A stretch of 64,000 bases of DNA from Deltaproteobacteria bacterium (GTDB lineage Bacteria; Myxococcota_A; Polyangia; Fen-1088). A program made the position numbers and the translations under genes. The notes under the pieces were generated by a model, which did not search any database, was not told the DNA's origin, and saw nothing but the letters and a program-made list of their open reading frames with translations. This document shows, in pieces, positions 1-9,787 of the stretch (position 1 is its first letter; each line of letters starts with the position of its first letter). The stretch spans positions 416,001 to 480,000 of the forward strand of contig JANRKS010000019.1 in NCBI GenBank assembly GCA_033763315.1, in the 5' to 3' direction.

Positions 1-1
1 C

Positions 2-175
2 TACAGCCGCGCGTATTTATCGCACCTGTTCCGTGCCAAGGAGATCTTGTTCTACCGCTTGGCCACACTGCACAACCTGCAGTTTTATCTAGATCTCGTC
101 CGCGGTGCCAGGCAGGCGATCTTCGAGGGGCGGCTGGATTCCTACGTCAACCAGGCGCTTGCGCGCATGGGGTAG
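2..175 (+). CDS. tgt: Queuine tRNA-ribosyltransferase, C-terminal fragment (gene starts before the window)
   Basis: Manual translation [43 protein letters not shown] matches the Tgt C-terminal 'YSRAYLxHL...HNL' motif; stop TAG at 173-175. Confidence 0.9.
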   Translation, partial: YSRAYLSHLFRAKEILFYRLATLHNLQFYLDLVRGARQAIFEGRLDSYVNQALARMG

Positions 176-204
176 GTTAACCAGCCACGGCAGAGGGGGC
201 CGTT

Positions 205-717
205 TCACTCCATGCCGCGGTTGCGCTTCATCTGCTCAAGCACCTTGTTGTATTCGACCTCCCAGGTCGCGGTGCCTTCTTCAAGGTTGCGGATGCGGCG
301 GCGCACTTCAGCGTCAAGCTCGCCATCGGCGGCCATGTGGCGCTTGAGTATGGCGGCCATCGACTTTCGTAGGACGTTGTCTTCCACGAACACTTCGTCG
401 ATGTGCGGTGAGTTCAAGAACGATTCGATCAGTTGGTTGGTGATCCAATCCAAACCTTCGTCGCCCAGGGCAAACTTCTTCTCGTCGGCCACCGACCGTT
501 TCACGCGGCCGAACTGCTCGTAAGGCAGTCCCTTCTTTTGAAGAATGTCCTTCGCCTTGTCGGTGATCTCGCGATCAAGGCGCATGTATTCCTTCAAAAC
601 GGCTTGAACGTCTAGTTCAGCCTCTGCTCGGTCGCTGACGGCGATCGCTTCTTCATCCAAGAGGGCCTTAACGACCTCGGTGCCGATCAGAGGAATTTTC
701 GTGCTGTAAAGACGCAT
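205..717 (-). CDS. DUF507 family protein
   Basis: MRLY...E(E)MELD(I)EVR-like pattern, ends KRNRGME; typical of Deltaproteobacteria/Myxococcota DUF507. Confidence 0.75.
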   Translation of the reverse strand: MRLYSTKIPLIGTEVVKALLDEEAIAVSDRAEAELDVQAVLKEYMRLDREITDKAKDILQKKGLPYEQFGRVKRSVADEKKFALGDEGLDWITNQLIESFLNSPHIDEVFVEDNVLRKSMAAILKRHMAADGELDAEVRRRIRNLEEGTATWEVEYNKVLEQMKRNRGME

Positions 718-728
718 GCCTGCCGAGG

Positions 729-758
729 TTTATAAGGGCCCACGCGTGTAAGCGTCAA
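729..758 (-). promoter_or_regulatory. Sigma70-type promoter for the DUF507 gene
   Basis: Minus strand TTGACG-18nt-TATAAA, 11 nt before the ATG. Confidence 0.5.
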
Positions 759-797
759 GGAAAGGCGGGTCGAAGATGGCGATTCGTAGCGAAAGTC

Positions 798-825
798 TTG
801 ACAGAGCGAAACGCTTGAGCAAAAT
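798..825 (+). promoter_or_regulatory. Sigma70-type promoter for tRNA-Met
   Basis: TTGACA (798-803), 16 nt, CAAAAT, just upstream of the tRNA. Confidence 0.5.
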
Positions 826-836
826 CGCGTCTCCCC

Positions 837-910
837 GGTGGATTAGCTCAGCTGGTTAGAGCGGGCGTTTCATACGCGCTAGGTCCGGGGTTCGAGTCCC
901 TGATCCACCA
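837..910 (+). tRNA. tRNA-Met (CAT), probably elongator; CCA not encoded
   Basis: Acceptor stem GGTGGAT/ATCCACC, D-arm TAGCTCAGCTGGTTAGAGC, anticodon loop TTCATAC, T-loop GGTTCGAGTCC; G1-C72 pair argues against initiator. Confidence 0.93.
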
Positions 911-949
911 CAAAAGGCCAAAACAAACGCCACGTTTGTTCGGCCAAAG

Positions 950-987
950 AAAAACGCCGAAGGCCACGTGTTCCTTCGGCGTTTTTT
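950..987. terminator. Bidirectional intrinsic terminator
   Basis: AAAAACGCCGAAGG-loop-CCTTCGGCGTTTTT between the convergent tRNA and lipoprotein gene. Confidence 0.85.
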
Positions 988-1027
988 GTTTTCGTCCGCT
1001 TTGTTTTCGTCCGCTCTGGGCGGCGGC

Positions 1028-1768
1028 TTATTTGACCGGAGGCGGCTCTGTGCCCGCGGCGGCGGGTGGCTCGGTGCCTGCGGGCGCCGCGGCGGGAGTG
1101 GCGGCGCCTTCGGCAGCGGCCGTTTCCTCTGGTGCACGGTCGAACTTATCCGCCTTGCCCGTGCCTTTGGTGTCGTAACCGATACGGTCCAGCTTACCGT
1201 TTTCGTAGTATTGCCATTCATCCACACGGCCGTCACCGTTCGAGTCGCGCTCGATGCGGGCCACTTTGCCGTTCTCGTAGAACTCCACGTAGTCGGGCTT
1301 GCCGTTGAAATCCATGTCGCGCTCCAGGCGGACCTTCTTGCCCGTGTTGTAAAACACGGTTTGGTCGAAACGGCCATCAAAGTCCAAATCGAACTCAGAC
1401 ATTTCGACCTTTTGATCGGCGCCATAGTGGTCAACCAGGTCGACCTTGCCGTCCACGTTTAGGTCAACCTGCTTGCAGGTCAGAGCCTGGCCGCCGCTGC
1501 CTTCGGCGTAGAACTTCCACACGTCGGGTTTGCTGTCTTGATTCGTGTCTGCGGTGACCACCTGCTTGCCGCTTTCCTTGCAGCGAGACCGATCAAGGTT
1601 CCCCATGCCCCAGTCCACTTGGGCACCGGTGGCGGCGTTGGCTGTGCCCGTCTTTTGAGAACCACCGCAACCCACCGCGAAGAGACCCACCAAAAGACCC
1701 GAAGCCAACCACGCAGGGGCCCCAAAACTGAAGTTGAGCTTCCTGCCCCTCGATTCACTTTGCATCAT
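1028..1768 (-). CDS. Lipoprotein with about 6 DxNxDGxxD (Ca2+-binding-like) repeats
   Basis: Lipobox LFAVGC; repeats DTNQDSKPD, DLNVDGKVD, DLDFDGRFD, DMDFNGKPD, DSNGDGRVD, DTKGTGKAD; start uncertain. Confidence 0.75.
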   Translation of the reverse strand: MMQSESRGRKLNFSFGAPAWLASGLLVGLFAVGCGGSQKTGTANAATGAQVDWGMGNLDRSRCKESGKQVVTADTNQDSKPDVWKFYAEGSGGQALTCKQVDLNVDGKVDLVDHYGADQKVEMSEFDLDFDGRFDQTVFYNTGKKVRLERDMDFNGKPDYVEFYENGKVARIERDSNGDGRVDEWQYYENGKLDRIGYDTKGTGKADKFDRAPEETAAAEGAATPAAAPAGTEPPAAAGTEPPPVK

Positions 1769-1935
1769 GACGCCTACGGTAAGGCTAAAGGCCCGCGGCA
1801 TCAAGAGAATGAACGCGCCCACCGGGGGAATCCTTCGTCAATGCGCCCGCCGCGCCAGCGAGGCCTCCGGAGGCAGGCCGTTTCCCAAAAGTTCGGCCTT
1901 TGACTATTCACATATGGTCATGCATGGTCCTGCGT

Positions 1936-2130
1936 ATGGCGCGGAACAAGATCTCCACGACCGTTTACATCACGCCTGAACAAAATGAGCTGCTGAAGGC
2001 CTTGCACGAGCGAACGAAAGTGCCCGTGGCGGAATACATCCGCCAAGGCATTGATTTGATGTTGGAGCGGGAACGGCACAACTTGCCCGGCCAGCAACAA
2101 CTCTTGCTCAATATGCCAAAGTCGAAGTAG
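1936..2130 (+). CDS. Ribbon-helix-helix DNA-binding protein
   Basis: [40 protein letters not shown] fits the RHH beta-alpha-alpha pattern. Confidence 0.85.
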   Translation: MARNKISTTVYITPEQNELLKALHERTKVPVAEYIRQGIDLMLERERHNLPGQQQLLLNMPKSK

Positions 2131-2164
2131 GACCGTCTCCCACCATTCCTCAAGTGCAAAATCC

Positions 2165-3970
2165 GTGACCACTGACACGCGGCTGATCCGTAACTTCTCC
2201 ATCATCGCCCACATCGACCACGGCAAATCGACCCTTGCCGATCGGTTGCTGGATGAAACCGGCGCGCTTACCCAGCGTGAGCAGCGAGCGCAGTTCATGG
2301 ACAGCATGGATCTGGAGCGCGAGCGGGGCATCACCATTAAGGCGGCCACCGTGCGCCTGAGCTACAAGGCCAACGACGGTGAGACTTACGAGCTCAACCT
2401 CATCGACACCCCGGGCCACGTCGACTTTCACTACGAAGTGTCGCGCTCGCTTAAAGCCTGTGAGGGCGCTCTTTTGGTGGTCGACGCTTCCCAAGGCGTG
2501 GAAGCGCAGACCATGGCCAACGTTTACATGGCTTCGGAACTCAGCCTGGCCATCGTTCCGGTGCTGAATAAGATCGATTTGCCAGCGGCCGACCCGGAAG
2601 GCGTTCGACGCCAGGTGGAAGAAGTCATCGGCATCGACGCCAGCGAAGCGATCTTGGCCTCAGCCAAGGATGGCCGCGGCATCAAAGAGATTCTCGAGGC
2701 CATCGTGGCCAAGGTGCCTCCGCCCACCGGCGATCCCGAGGCGCCGCTGAAGGTCTTGCTGCTCGACAGCTGGTACGACACCTACCGCGGCGTGGTGCTG
2801 CTTGTACGCGTGTTCGACGGTGTGCTGAGGCACGGCCAAAAGATCTTGTTGTGGGCCGCAGGACGTGACTTCGAGTTGCAGACGATCGGCGCCTTCGCGC
2901 CGTTTGCGCGCGAAGTGGATCACCTGGGGCCGGGCGAAGTGGGGTTCATTACCGCTGCCATCAAAGACGTGGCGCTGGCCCGCGTGGGCGACACCATCAC
3001 GGAAACGGGCCGCCGCTGTGCCGCTCCCTTGCCGGGCTTTCAGCCTGCCAAACCCATGGTGTTTGCGGGCATTTTTCCCACCGATTCAGCACGCTACGGG
3101 GATTTGCGTGATGCGCTTGAAAAGCTGCGCCTCAACGACGCGTCGATTTCCTGGGAGCCAGAAACGTCAGAGGCCCTGGGATTCGGCTTTCGCTGCGGTT
3201 TCTTGGGGTTGTTGCACATGGAGATCGTGCAGGAGCGCCTGGAACGTGAGTTCAATCTGGATCTCATCACCACGGCACCCACCGTGCGGTTTCGCGTGGT
3301 GTTGAGGAGCACGCAAGAGGTCTTCGAGCTTGATAACCCATCGAAGCTGCCTTCTGAAGGTGACATCGAACGCATCGAAGAACCGATGATCGCCTGCACG
3401 ATTCACACGCCGCCCGAATACATCGGGGCCATCTTGAAGCTGTGTGAAGATCGGCGCGGCACCCAAACCGGGTTGCAGTACATCAGCGAATCGCGCGTGA
3501 TCATTCGCTATGACCTGCCTCTGACCGAGGTGGTTTACGGGTTCTTCGACAAACTCAAATCCGTGTCGCGTGGTTACGCCAGCATGGATTACGAGCCGAA
3601 CGATTACAAAGCGGCGCAGCTGGTTCGCCTTGATTTGATGGTCAACGGAGAAAAAGTGGATTCGCTGTCGGCCATCGTCCACCGCGCCACCTCGTATGAT
3701 AAAGGCCGCGATTTGTGCGAAAAAATGAAGGACTTGATCCCGCGCCAACAATTCGACGTGGCAATTCAAGCGGCCATCGGTTCAAAGGTCATCGCGCGAA
3801 CCACCGTCAAAGCTTTGCGGAAGAACGTCACGGCCAAGTGTTATGGCGGTGATATCTCCCGTAAGCGCAAGCTGCTTGAGCGCCAAAAAGAAGGCAAAAA
3901 GCGCATGAAGCAGGTGGGCAGCGTCGAAATTCCGCAAGAAGCCTTCTTGGCTATTTTGAAAGTGGATTAA
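2165..3970 (+). CDS. lepA: Translation elongation factor 4 (LepA)
   Basis: [44 protein letters not shown]. Confidence 0.99.
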   Translation: MTTDTRLIRNFSIIAHIDHGKSTLADRLLDETGALTQREQRAQFMDSMDLERERGITIKAATVRLSYKANDGETYELNLIDTPGHVDFHYEVSRSLKACEGALLVVDASQGVEAQTMANVYMASELSLAIVPVLNKIDLPAADPEGVRRQVEEVIGIDASEAILASAKDGRGIKEILEAIVAKVPPPTGDPEAPLKVLLLDSWYDTYRGVVLLVRVFDGVLRHGQKILLWAAGRDFELQTIGAFAPFAREVDHLGPGEVGFITAAIKDVALARVGDTITETGRRCAAPLPGFQPAKPMVFAGIFPTDSARYGDLRDALEKLRLNDASISWEPETSEALGFGFRCGFLGLLHMEIVQERLEREFNLDLITTAPTVRFRVVLRSTQEVFELDNPSKLPSEGDIERIEEPMIACTIHTPPEYIGAILKLCEDRRGTQTGLQYISESRVIIRYDLPLTEVVYGFFDKLKSVSRGYASMDYEPNDYKAAQLVRLDLMVNGEKVDSLSAIVHRATSYDKGRDLCEKMKDLIPRQQFDVAIQAAIGSKVIARTTVKALRKNVTAKCYGGDISRKRKLLERQKEGKKRMKQVGSVEIPQEAFLAILKVD

Positions 3971-3984
3971 GCAGCGAGATCACG

Positions 3985-4926
3985 ATGAGCGGATTCTTTT
4001 CAAACTGGCAGGAAAAGCGGATGTGGAAGCGCACGCGCGCTGAAGCCAAACACGCGTCGAGCGAATGCAAACGCATCCTCAAACGACGTGGCTATCTGGT
4101 TCCCGAGTCGGCCACCAAAGAACTGCAGATGTACATGCAGGGCGTGGAAACGGCGCTCAAGGGCAGTGAACACGACAAGCTGCGGGAGGCCTTGGTGGGC
4201 CTTGACGAACGCATGACGAAACACCTGTCTTTTGCCCGCAAGTCCGCGATTCGCGAATACGCCGAATCGATTGGCGTGGCGGTGGGGATCGCCATCTTCC
4301 TGCGTGCTTTTGTGGTCGAAGCCTTCCAAATCCCGTCCGGCTCGATGATCCCCACGCTGCAGGTGGGAGATCACATCTTCGTGGCCAAGTTCTCTTACGG
4401 CGTGACCGTGCCGTTCACAGACAAAAAGCTCGTGGACTTCGGCCTTCCGGAACGAGGCGATGTGGTGGTGTTCAAATACCCAGGGGATCCCTCGATCGAT
4501 TACATCAAGCGGGTGGTTGGCTTGCCGGGCGACACCGTTGAGGTACGCATGGATCAGATCTTCATCAATGGCAAAGCGATGCCGCGCGAGAACGTGCCCG
4601 GCGGGTGCGGCGCCGAAGAAGAGGGGCGCGTGTTCTCATCGTGCGAACTGTGGTCCGAAACGTTGGGCACCAAGGTTCACGACACCATGTTCTACGGCGA
4701 GGGCGACAGCTTCGGCCCGCGCAAGGTTCCTGAGGGCACCGTGTTCGTGATGGGTGACAACCGCGACAATTCCAATGACTCTCGCGTGTGGGGCCAGGTG
4801 CCGCTGGGCTTCATCAAGGGCCGTGCGCTGATCGTGTGGTGGTCGCGCGGGCCTGTGAAGCAAGACGGATTGCAGGGCTGGTTCGACGCCATTCGCTGGA
4901 AGCGTTTGTTCACGCGCATTCACTAA
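3985..4926 (+). CDS. lepB: Signal peptidase I with N-terminal extension
   Basis: IPSGSMIPTL (Ser), YIKRVVGLPGD (Lys), GDNRDNSNDSR; follows lepA. Confidence 0.96.
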   Translation: MSGFFSNWQEKRMWKRTRAEAKHASSECKRILKRRGYLVPESATKELQMYMQGVETALKGSEHDKLREALVGLDERMTKHLSFARKSAIREYAESIGVAVGIAIFLRAFVVEAFQIPSGSMIPTLQVGDHIFVAKFSYGVTVPFTDKKLVDFGLPERGDVVVFKYPGDPSIDYIKRVVGLPGDTVEVRMDQIFINGKAMPRENVPGGCGAEEEGRVFSSCELWSETLGTKVHDTMFYGEGDSFGPRKVPEGTVFVMGDNRDNSNDSRVWGQVPLGFIKGRALIVWWSRGPVKQDGLQGWFDAIRWKRLFTRIH

Positions 4927-4942
4927 ACGGGATGTGGCGTGG

Positions 4943-6154
4943 TTAGCGGCTGAGCAAAATCACCGCCAGCGCCACCACAAGCACCAGACCACCCACCACG
5001 GCGGCGAGCCGAAACACTTCTTTGCGGCGGGTGGCACCATCGGCGCTGGCCAGCACTTTGGCGATGTGTTCGCGCAGCTCTTCCACGGTGGCGTGACGAT
5101 CTTCGGGCCGTTTGGCCACCATCTTCAAAACCACCTCGTCCACAAAAGCAGGCACCGCCAAATCCGGCCGCAACTGTGACGGCGGAGGGGCTTGCTTGTG
5201 TAAGTGGAACTCGATGACTTCCGTTGAGCTTTTGGCGTCTTTGAACGGCAAGGCGCCGGTTAGCATTTCATAGGTCATCATGCCCAGCGCGTAGATGTCC
5301 GAACGTCCATCCAGGGCCTTGCCACGCAACTGCTCGGGAGACATGAACTCGAGCGTGCCCACCGTTTGCCCGATGGCCGTCAGCGCCGGGCCCCGAGACG
5401 ACGCGTCACCCGACACGATCTTGGCGATGCCAAAATCCAAAACCTTCACGAGATCTTTTCCGTCACGCGACTCGATCATCACGTTTTCAGGTTTCATATC
5501 GCGATGGACGATGCCTTGCCGGTGCGCTTCACCCAGCGCTTGGCCCACCTGGTCCAGAATGTCCAGCACGCGTAAGGGATCCAGGGTGCCTTCGGCTTTT
5601 TGCACTTGCTGCAAACTTTTGCCGGACAGCAACTCCATCGCCAAAAACAACACGCCGTCTTCGGTCTCGTCGAAGTCGTATGTGATCACGGTGTGGGGAT
5701 CGCGCAGCTTTGAACACGCTTCGGCTTCACGCCGAAAGCGAGCCACCACTGTGGCGTCGCTGACGTTGTGGGGATGCAGGATCTTGAGCGCCACATCGCG
5801 GCCCGTGGCCAACTGTTTGCCGCGGAACACCGCACCGAAGCCGCCTTCACCGATCTTTTTTTCGACCAGATAACGCCCGTTGAGGGTGCGACCGGCCAGC
5901 CGATCCACGGACCGTGCTTTTGCGTACGCTTTGCTGGCCAACGCCCGCGGATCTGCGGCGGGGCTGGGCGTGCGTTCAACCGGAGGCGCGGCGGAGGGGG
6001 CCACCTTTGTGGGCGCAGGCGGCGCAGAGGGCAGGGGCTGCGCCAGCGAAACCTCCAGACGCGCCCCGCATTCGCCACAGAAGCGCGCACCAGCCTCCAA
6101 GCCGGCTCCGCATTTGGGGCACAAAGAATGGGGCGAGGCCGAAGGGGCGGTCAC
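4943..6154 (-). CDS. Hanks-type Ser/Thr kinase with N-terminal zinc ribbon and C-terminal TM helix
   Basis: CPKC..CGEC, GEGGFGAV, HRDMKPEN, DFG, hydrophobic C-terminus. Confidence 0.95.
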   Translation of the reverse strand: MTAPSASPHSLCPKCGAGLEAGARFCGECGARLEVSLAQPLPSAPPAPTKVAPSAAPPVERTPSPAADPRALASKAYAKARSVDRLAGRTLNGRYLVEKKIGEGGFGAVFRGKQLATGRDVALKILHPHNVSDATVVARFRREAEACSKLRDPHTVITYDFDETEDGVLFLAMELLSGKSLQQVQKAEGTLDPLRVLDILDQVGQALGEAHRQGIVHRDMKPENVMIESRDGKDLVKVLDFGIAKIVSGDASSRGPALTAIGQTVGTLEFMSPEQLRGKALDGRSDIYALGMMTYEMLTGALPFKDAKSSTEVIEFHLHKQAPPPSQLRPDLAVPAFVDEVVLKMVAKRPEDRHATVEELREHIAKVLASADGATRRKEVFRLAAVVGGLVLVVALAVILLSR

Positions 6155-7380
6155 GGTGTTTGGGGGGCGGCGGGGGTTGGAGTTGTTGCGGCGGGTAGCA
6201 CCAGGTTTTGCTCCTCCTCAAGCGCCCGGGTGCGGTCAAAGTGCAACGACAACCCAGCCACCAGGGCGGCGATCAAAACCAAAAGCGCAAAGACCATAAC
6301 GGAGCGCCCGTCGGAATCTTTCCCACTCTTGTTGTTGCCACGTCCCGGAACGGGGATGTCCTGCAAGGTTTTGAGCCCAGCGTCGTTCGTCATCGAGATG
6401 AACTCGCGCGGAACGGTCACTTCTTGCGTCGCTTTTTCTGTGGGCTCGGGACGCTCGCCAGGCACGCGGCCTGGGTCGTAGGGGACGAATTCCACCAGGT
6501 CAGCTTCGGTGGGTTCAGGCAAGCCATCACCCTCGGCCTTGATCAACACCACGGTCACGTTGTCGGGGCCTTCGTGTTCCAACGCCCGCGCAATCAACAT
6601 ATCAGCGGCGCGTTTGATGTCGGGCTCGGCGCGCAGGATGTCGATGATCTCGTCGTCGCCCACCGGCCCGTGCAGGCCATCGGACGAGATCAACACCACG
6701 TCGCCTCGGCGCAGCGGCACCTGAGACAACACCACATCCACGCGCTCTTGCACGCCTAACGCCTGCAAGATGATGTTTGCGTGCTCGAATTGTTTGGCTT
6801 CTTCGGGCGTCATCGCGCCGGCCTCGATGAGCTGCCACGCCAACGACTGATCCTTGGTGACTTGAGCCAGCCGCCCCTTGCGTACCACGTAGCAGCGCGA
6901 ATCTCCGATTTGGCCCACCACAAGCGTGCCGTCCATCAGCGCGGCCACCGTGCATGTCGTGCCCATGCCGCGTTCGCTTTGGTTGTCGCGCGATTGTGCG
7001 TAGATCTTGTCGTTTGCGTCTTCCACCGCGCGCCGCAAACCACGAGCAAATTCATCACGCGTTGAAGGCGTGTTGGAAGCCATCGACGATGAGATGGAAT
7101 CCACCGCCATCAGGGACGCCACTTCGCCCGCCGCTGCACCACCCATCCCGTCGCACACAAGGAACACCGCGCCCTTGTTGCCTAATGTGAAGACATTCGG
7201 CGCCTCCATATCGTGCGTGCGGAAATCGGCGTCGATGTTGGCCACCAAGAAGTTGTCTTCGTTGTGCTCGCGAATCAATCCCACGTCGGTGCGGCCGAAG
7301 ACGGAGATCGTGATTTCACCGGCCGGCGTGCCACTGGCAGACGGGGCCGGTTCCTTGGGCGTCGAAGGGTCGTGGCTCAT
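6151..7380 (-). CDS. PP2C-family Ser/Thr phosphatase with TM helix
   Basis: REHNED, CDGMGG, GMGTT, GDSR, SDGL, GPDNVT. Confidence 0.95.
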   Translation of the reverse strand: MSHDPSTPKEPAPSASGTPAGEITISVFGRTDVGLIREHNEDNFLVANIDADFRTHDMEAPNVFTLGNKGAVFLVCDGMGGAAAGEVASLMAVDSISSSMASNTPSTRDEFARGLRRAVEDANDKIYAQSRDNQSERGMGTTCTVAALMDGTLVVGQIGDSRCYVVRKGRLAQVTKDQSLAWQLIEAGAMTPEEAKQFEHANIILQALGVQERVDVVLSQVPLRRGDVVLISSDGLHGPVGDDEIIDILRAEPDIKRAADMLIARALEHEGPDNVTVVLIKAEGDGLPEPTEADLVEFVPYDPGRVPGERPEPTEKATQEVTVPREFISMTNDAGLKTLQDIPVPGRGNNKSGKDSDGRSVMVFALLVLIAALVAGLSLHFDRTRALEEEQNLVLPAATTPTPAAPQTP

Positions 7381-7460
7381 GCGCGTGACTCCCCTTGGCG
7401 GAGGAGGCCCCGTGGGGATTGAAGGAGGGTGGCAAAACAGGGATTTAACACGGAGCGTTC

Positions 7461-8306
7461 CTATAATAACTCGAAGCGTAGGAGTTCGTCGCCTAGCCGA
7501 AGCATCTCTCCGCCGGAAAGTGTCTTTTGGCTTCGCAACCTCACGAAGGTGCCGTTGGAGCTCCCCAGGTCTTCCACCTCAAAAACACCGGATTTTGCGC
7601 GAATTGCCGCATGGCGCCGTGACATGAATTCATCACTGGAAAAAACGATGTCGCCTTGTTCTCTTCCCAGCACCATTTCGCTGCGGGTCAGGTGATAAAC
7701 GTCCCGGGCCGTCCCAGCCGCCGTCATCTGGCGCAGCCGGCCCCAAGGCGGGCGGGTGGGGGTGCCGAACAGCACCACGCCTTGTTCGATCCCAGGGGGC
7801 AACGTCCGCTCCAGCGCAGGCACTTCTTCGAACAACAGGACCTGCTTGCCGACCAGCAAATAGTCGCCCGTGGTCACCGCCGTTGGTCCTGAAATGCGCA
7901 GGTAGACGCCGTTGCGCATCTCGAGCGGCACCAACAAGAAGCCATGGCTTTGCCTAATGAGGCGCGCGTGTCGCGCCGCCAGGTGAGGATCGTCGAAGAG
8001 AAGGTCGCCCTCTGTGCGGCCGATGTCCAGCTGACTCTTCTCGAACGGATAGGCCGCGCCATCGGTTCCATCGCGTTTGACGGCCACCAAGCGCGCCCGC
8101 AGCGGGCCGACCGGGGGCGGCGGCACCACGGAGCTGGCGCTGCGCAGGCGGCTGCCGCATTCAAAACAGAAGTTGGTTTCGCCTGGATTTTCCGTACCGC
8201 ACTCCAAACAAAGCAGAGGGGGCAGCGGCTTTACGAGCGAGCGACCGCAGAACTGGCAAAATGATGCCGCGTTCACATTTGGTCGACCACACCCTGAACA
8301 ATTCAC
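7461..8306 (-). CDS. Double zinc ribbon plus two FHA domains
   Basis: Four CxxC motifs; IGR..ARHA..NG and LGR..SRRHA..SSNGT FHA motifs. Confidence 0.9.
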   Translation of the reverse strand: MNCSGCGRPNVNAASFCQFCGRSLVKPLPPLLCLECGTENPGETNFCFECGSRLRSASSVVPPPPVGPLRARLVAVKRDGTDGAAYPFEKSQLDIGRTEGDLLFDDPHLAARHARLIRQSHGFLLVPLEMRNGVYLRISGPTAVTTGDYLLVGKQVLLFEEVPALERTLPPGIEQGVVLFGTPTRPPWGRLRQMTAAGTARDVYHLTRSEMVLGREQGDIVFSSDEFMSRRHAAIRAKSGVFEVEDLGSSNGTFVRLRSQKTLSGGEMLRLGDELLRFELL

Positions 8307-8325
8307 TCGGTTACCCTCGCATCTA

Positions 8326-8338
8326 TATCAATCGCTTG
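8326..8338. promoter_or_regulatory. Putative IHF binding site
   Basis: TATCAATCGCTTG is a perfect WATCAANNNNTTR match; an imperfect tandem copy follows at 8339-8352. Confidence 0.45.
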
Positions 8339-8595
8339 AATCAATCGACTTGCTTGCACCACGGCTTGACCAGCGCGACTTCACAGCGGTGACGTTGAAC
8401 ATCGGCGGCACCGGATCACCCTTGGTGTTTGCAACTGGGCGCATCCTCTGGTAACAGGCGGAGTGTTGTTCATCGTGAGCACTGGCTGCACCCATCGTCG
8501 CCCCAAAACGACGCTTTTCCAAGCATTTAACAAGGCATCGTGACAGGCGTCAAAATCCTTCTCAGGGCCCTCATCAAAGGGCTTCCGCAACGGCT

Positions 8596-8611
8596 TGGCA
8601 ATCACTTTGCT
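8596..8611 (+). promoter_or_regulatory. Putative sigma54 (-24/-12) promoter
   Basis: TGGCAATCACTTTGCT = TGGC-N8-TTGC-type GG-N10-GC spacing, upstream of the lipoprotein gene. Confidence 0.45.
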
Positions 8612-8659
8612 GCGCATGTCGACCTTGCCACTCCGAAAAACGCGTCGTTTCGGCGAGCG

Positions 8660-9787
8660 GTGTGGAGGCGAAGGGCTTGGGCAAGGGGGCCCGCGGTGAT
8701 CGCATTGGTCACATTATGGTCGTTGGCGGCCTGTGGCCCGATGGTCATGAAGGCGCCGTTTTCGAGCCGCCCCGATACGCTGGATCCCGGGGACTTGCTG
8801 GGATCGTTTGATGGCCTCGTGATCGATTCGGAAACGGAGCGCCCCATTCCTGAGGCAACCGTGGAAGCCACGTGGGCGTTTGAACGGGGCGTGGGCTTGG
8901 TGGGGCCGGCGGGTGAAAAGACGGTGTACACACAAACCAATCCCGATGGCCGCTACGAGATCCCGCGCCTGACGGAATTTCCCGAAGGTGCATCGGCGCG
9001 GGTCGCGCGTTTCACCCTGGTGGTATACCGCCGCGGCTATGTGGCGTGGCGAAGCGATCAGATGTTCCCCGTGCCAGGCATGCGGCACGACTTCAGCCAG
9101 CGCCGCAACCGAGTGCGCTTGGTGCAGTGGAAAGATTCGTGGTCGCATGCCAAGCATCTGGCGTTTATGGGTGGCGGCGAATCCATCAAGCGTGCGGCCG
9201 CATGGGAGCGCCAGCCTGCCGCCATCGAACTGTTGCCAGCCGGGGCCAACCAGAACGGCGAAGGCGTGGTCGCGGGGCCAGCGTTGCTTGATGCCGCGGG
9301 CTTGCTCACCGAAGCCGACGTGCGCGCGCTCAATAGATACACCCTGCCGTTGTCCGTGGGCCGCTTGCCCGATCTGCCACGCAGCGAATTTTACGATACG
9401 TTGCACTTTCAATCGGAAGCCAAGAGTGAACGCTACGACGTCGCGATTCGCGTCTGGCGGCTGGGCGATGTGGCCGGCGAAGCGCAGTACAAGAAGCTCT
9501 TGGCCGATCTGCCCGAACCAGAGGCCACACAAGAGGTAGGCGACGCTTCCGCCCGCGTTTCGGCTGGCGAAGTGCGCGCCGTTGTTTTCCTTGTGAAAGA
9601 GCCGGGGATCGTGGTGTCGGTCACCTGTGGCCTTGGCCAGTGTGTAAGCCCGCCGTCTGTGGTGGGGCTGAGCAAGCTGGTGCAAAGCCGCCTCGGATCG
9701 CTTGATAAGAAGCCACCGATGGATGCGCCTTTGGATCCGTTTGCCGCACCACTTAACGCCGCCCCCACGCCGGAGTCGCAACCTTGA
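8660..9787 (+). CDS. Lipoprotein with carboxypeptidase-regulatory-like domain
   Basis: Lipobox SLAAC; GLVIDSETERPIPEATV..TNPDGRYEI; start at GTG 8660 or 8696. Confidence 0.7.
   Translation: MWRRRAWARGPAVIALVTLWSLAACGPMVMKAPFSSRPDTLDPGDLLGSFDGLVIDSETERPIPEATVEATWAFERGVGLVGPAGEKTVYTQTNPDGRYEIPRLTEFPEGASARVARFTLVVYRRGYVAWRSDQMFPVPGMRHDFSQRRNRVRLVQWKDSWSHAKHLAFMGGGESIKRAAAWERQPAAIELLPAGANQNGEGVVAGPALLDAAGLLTEADVRALNRYTLPLSVGRLPDLPRSEFYDTLHFQSEAKSERYDVAIRVWRLGDVAGEAQYKKLLADLPEPEATQEVGDASARVSAGEVRAVVFLVKEPGIVVSVTCGLGQCVSPPSVVGLSKLVQSRLGSLDKKPPMDAPLDPFAAPLNAAPTPESQP

Noticed and set aside
837-910. Calling the CAT tRNA an initiator or Ile2
   Set aside because: Paired G1-C72 and no run of three G-C pairs in the anticodon stem exclude fMet; the TTCATAC loop favours elongator Met, though Ile2 is not fully excluded
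985-1015. Tandem TTTGTTTTCGTCCGCT duplication beside the terminator
   Set aside because: Only two copies; most likely local slippage
1936-2130. Calling the RHH protein CdbA
   Set aside because: The sequence does not match the CdbA family pattern as I recall it; kept as a generic RHH
8328-8617. Small ORFs in the FHA/lipoprotein intergenic region
   Set aside because: No SD or motif support; the region looks regulatory
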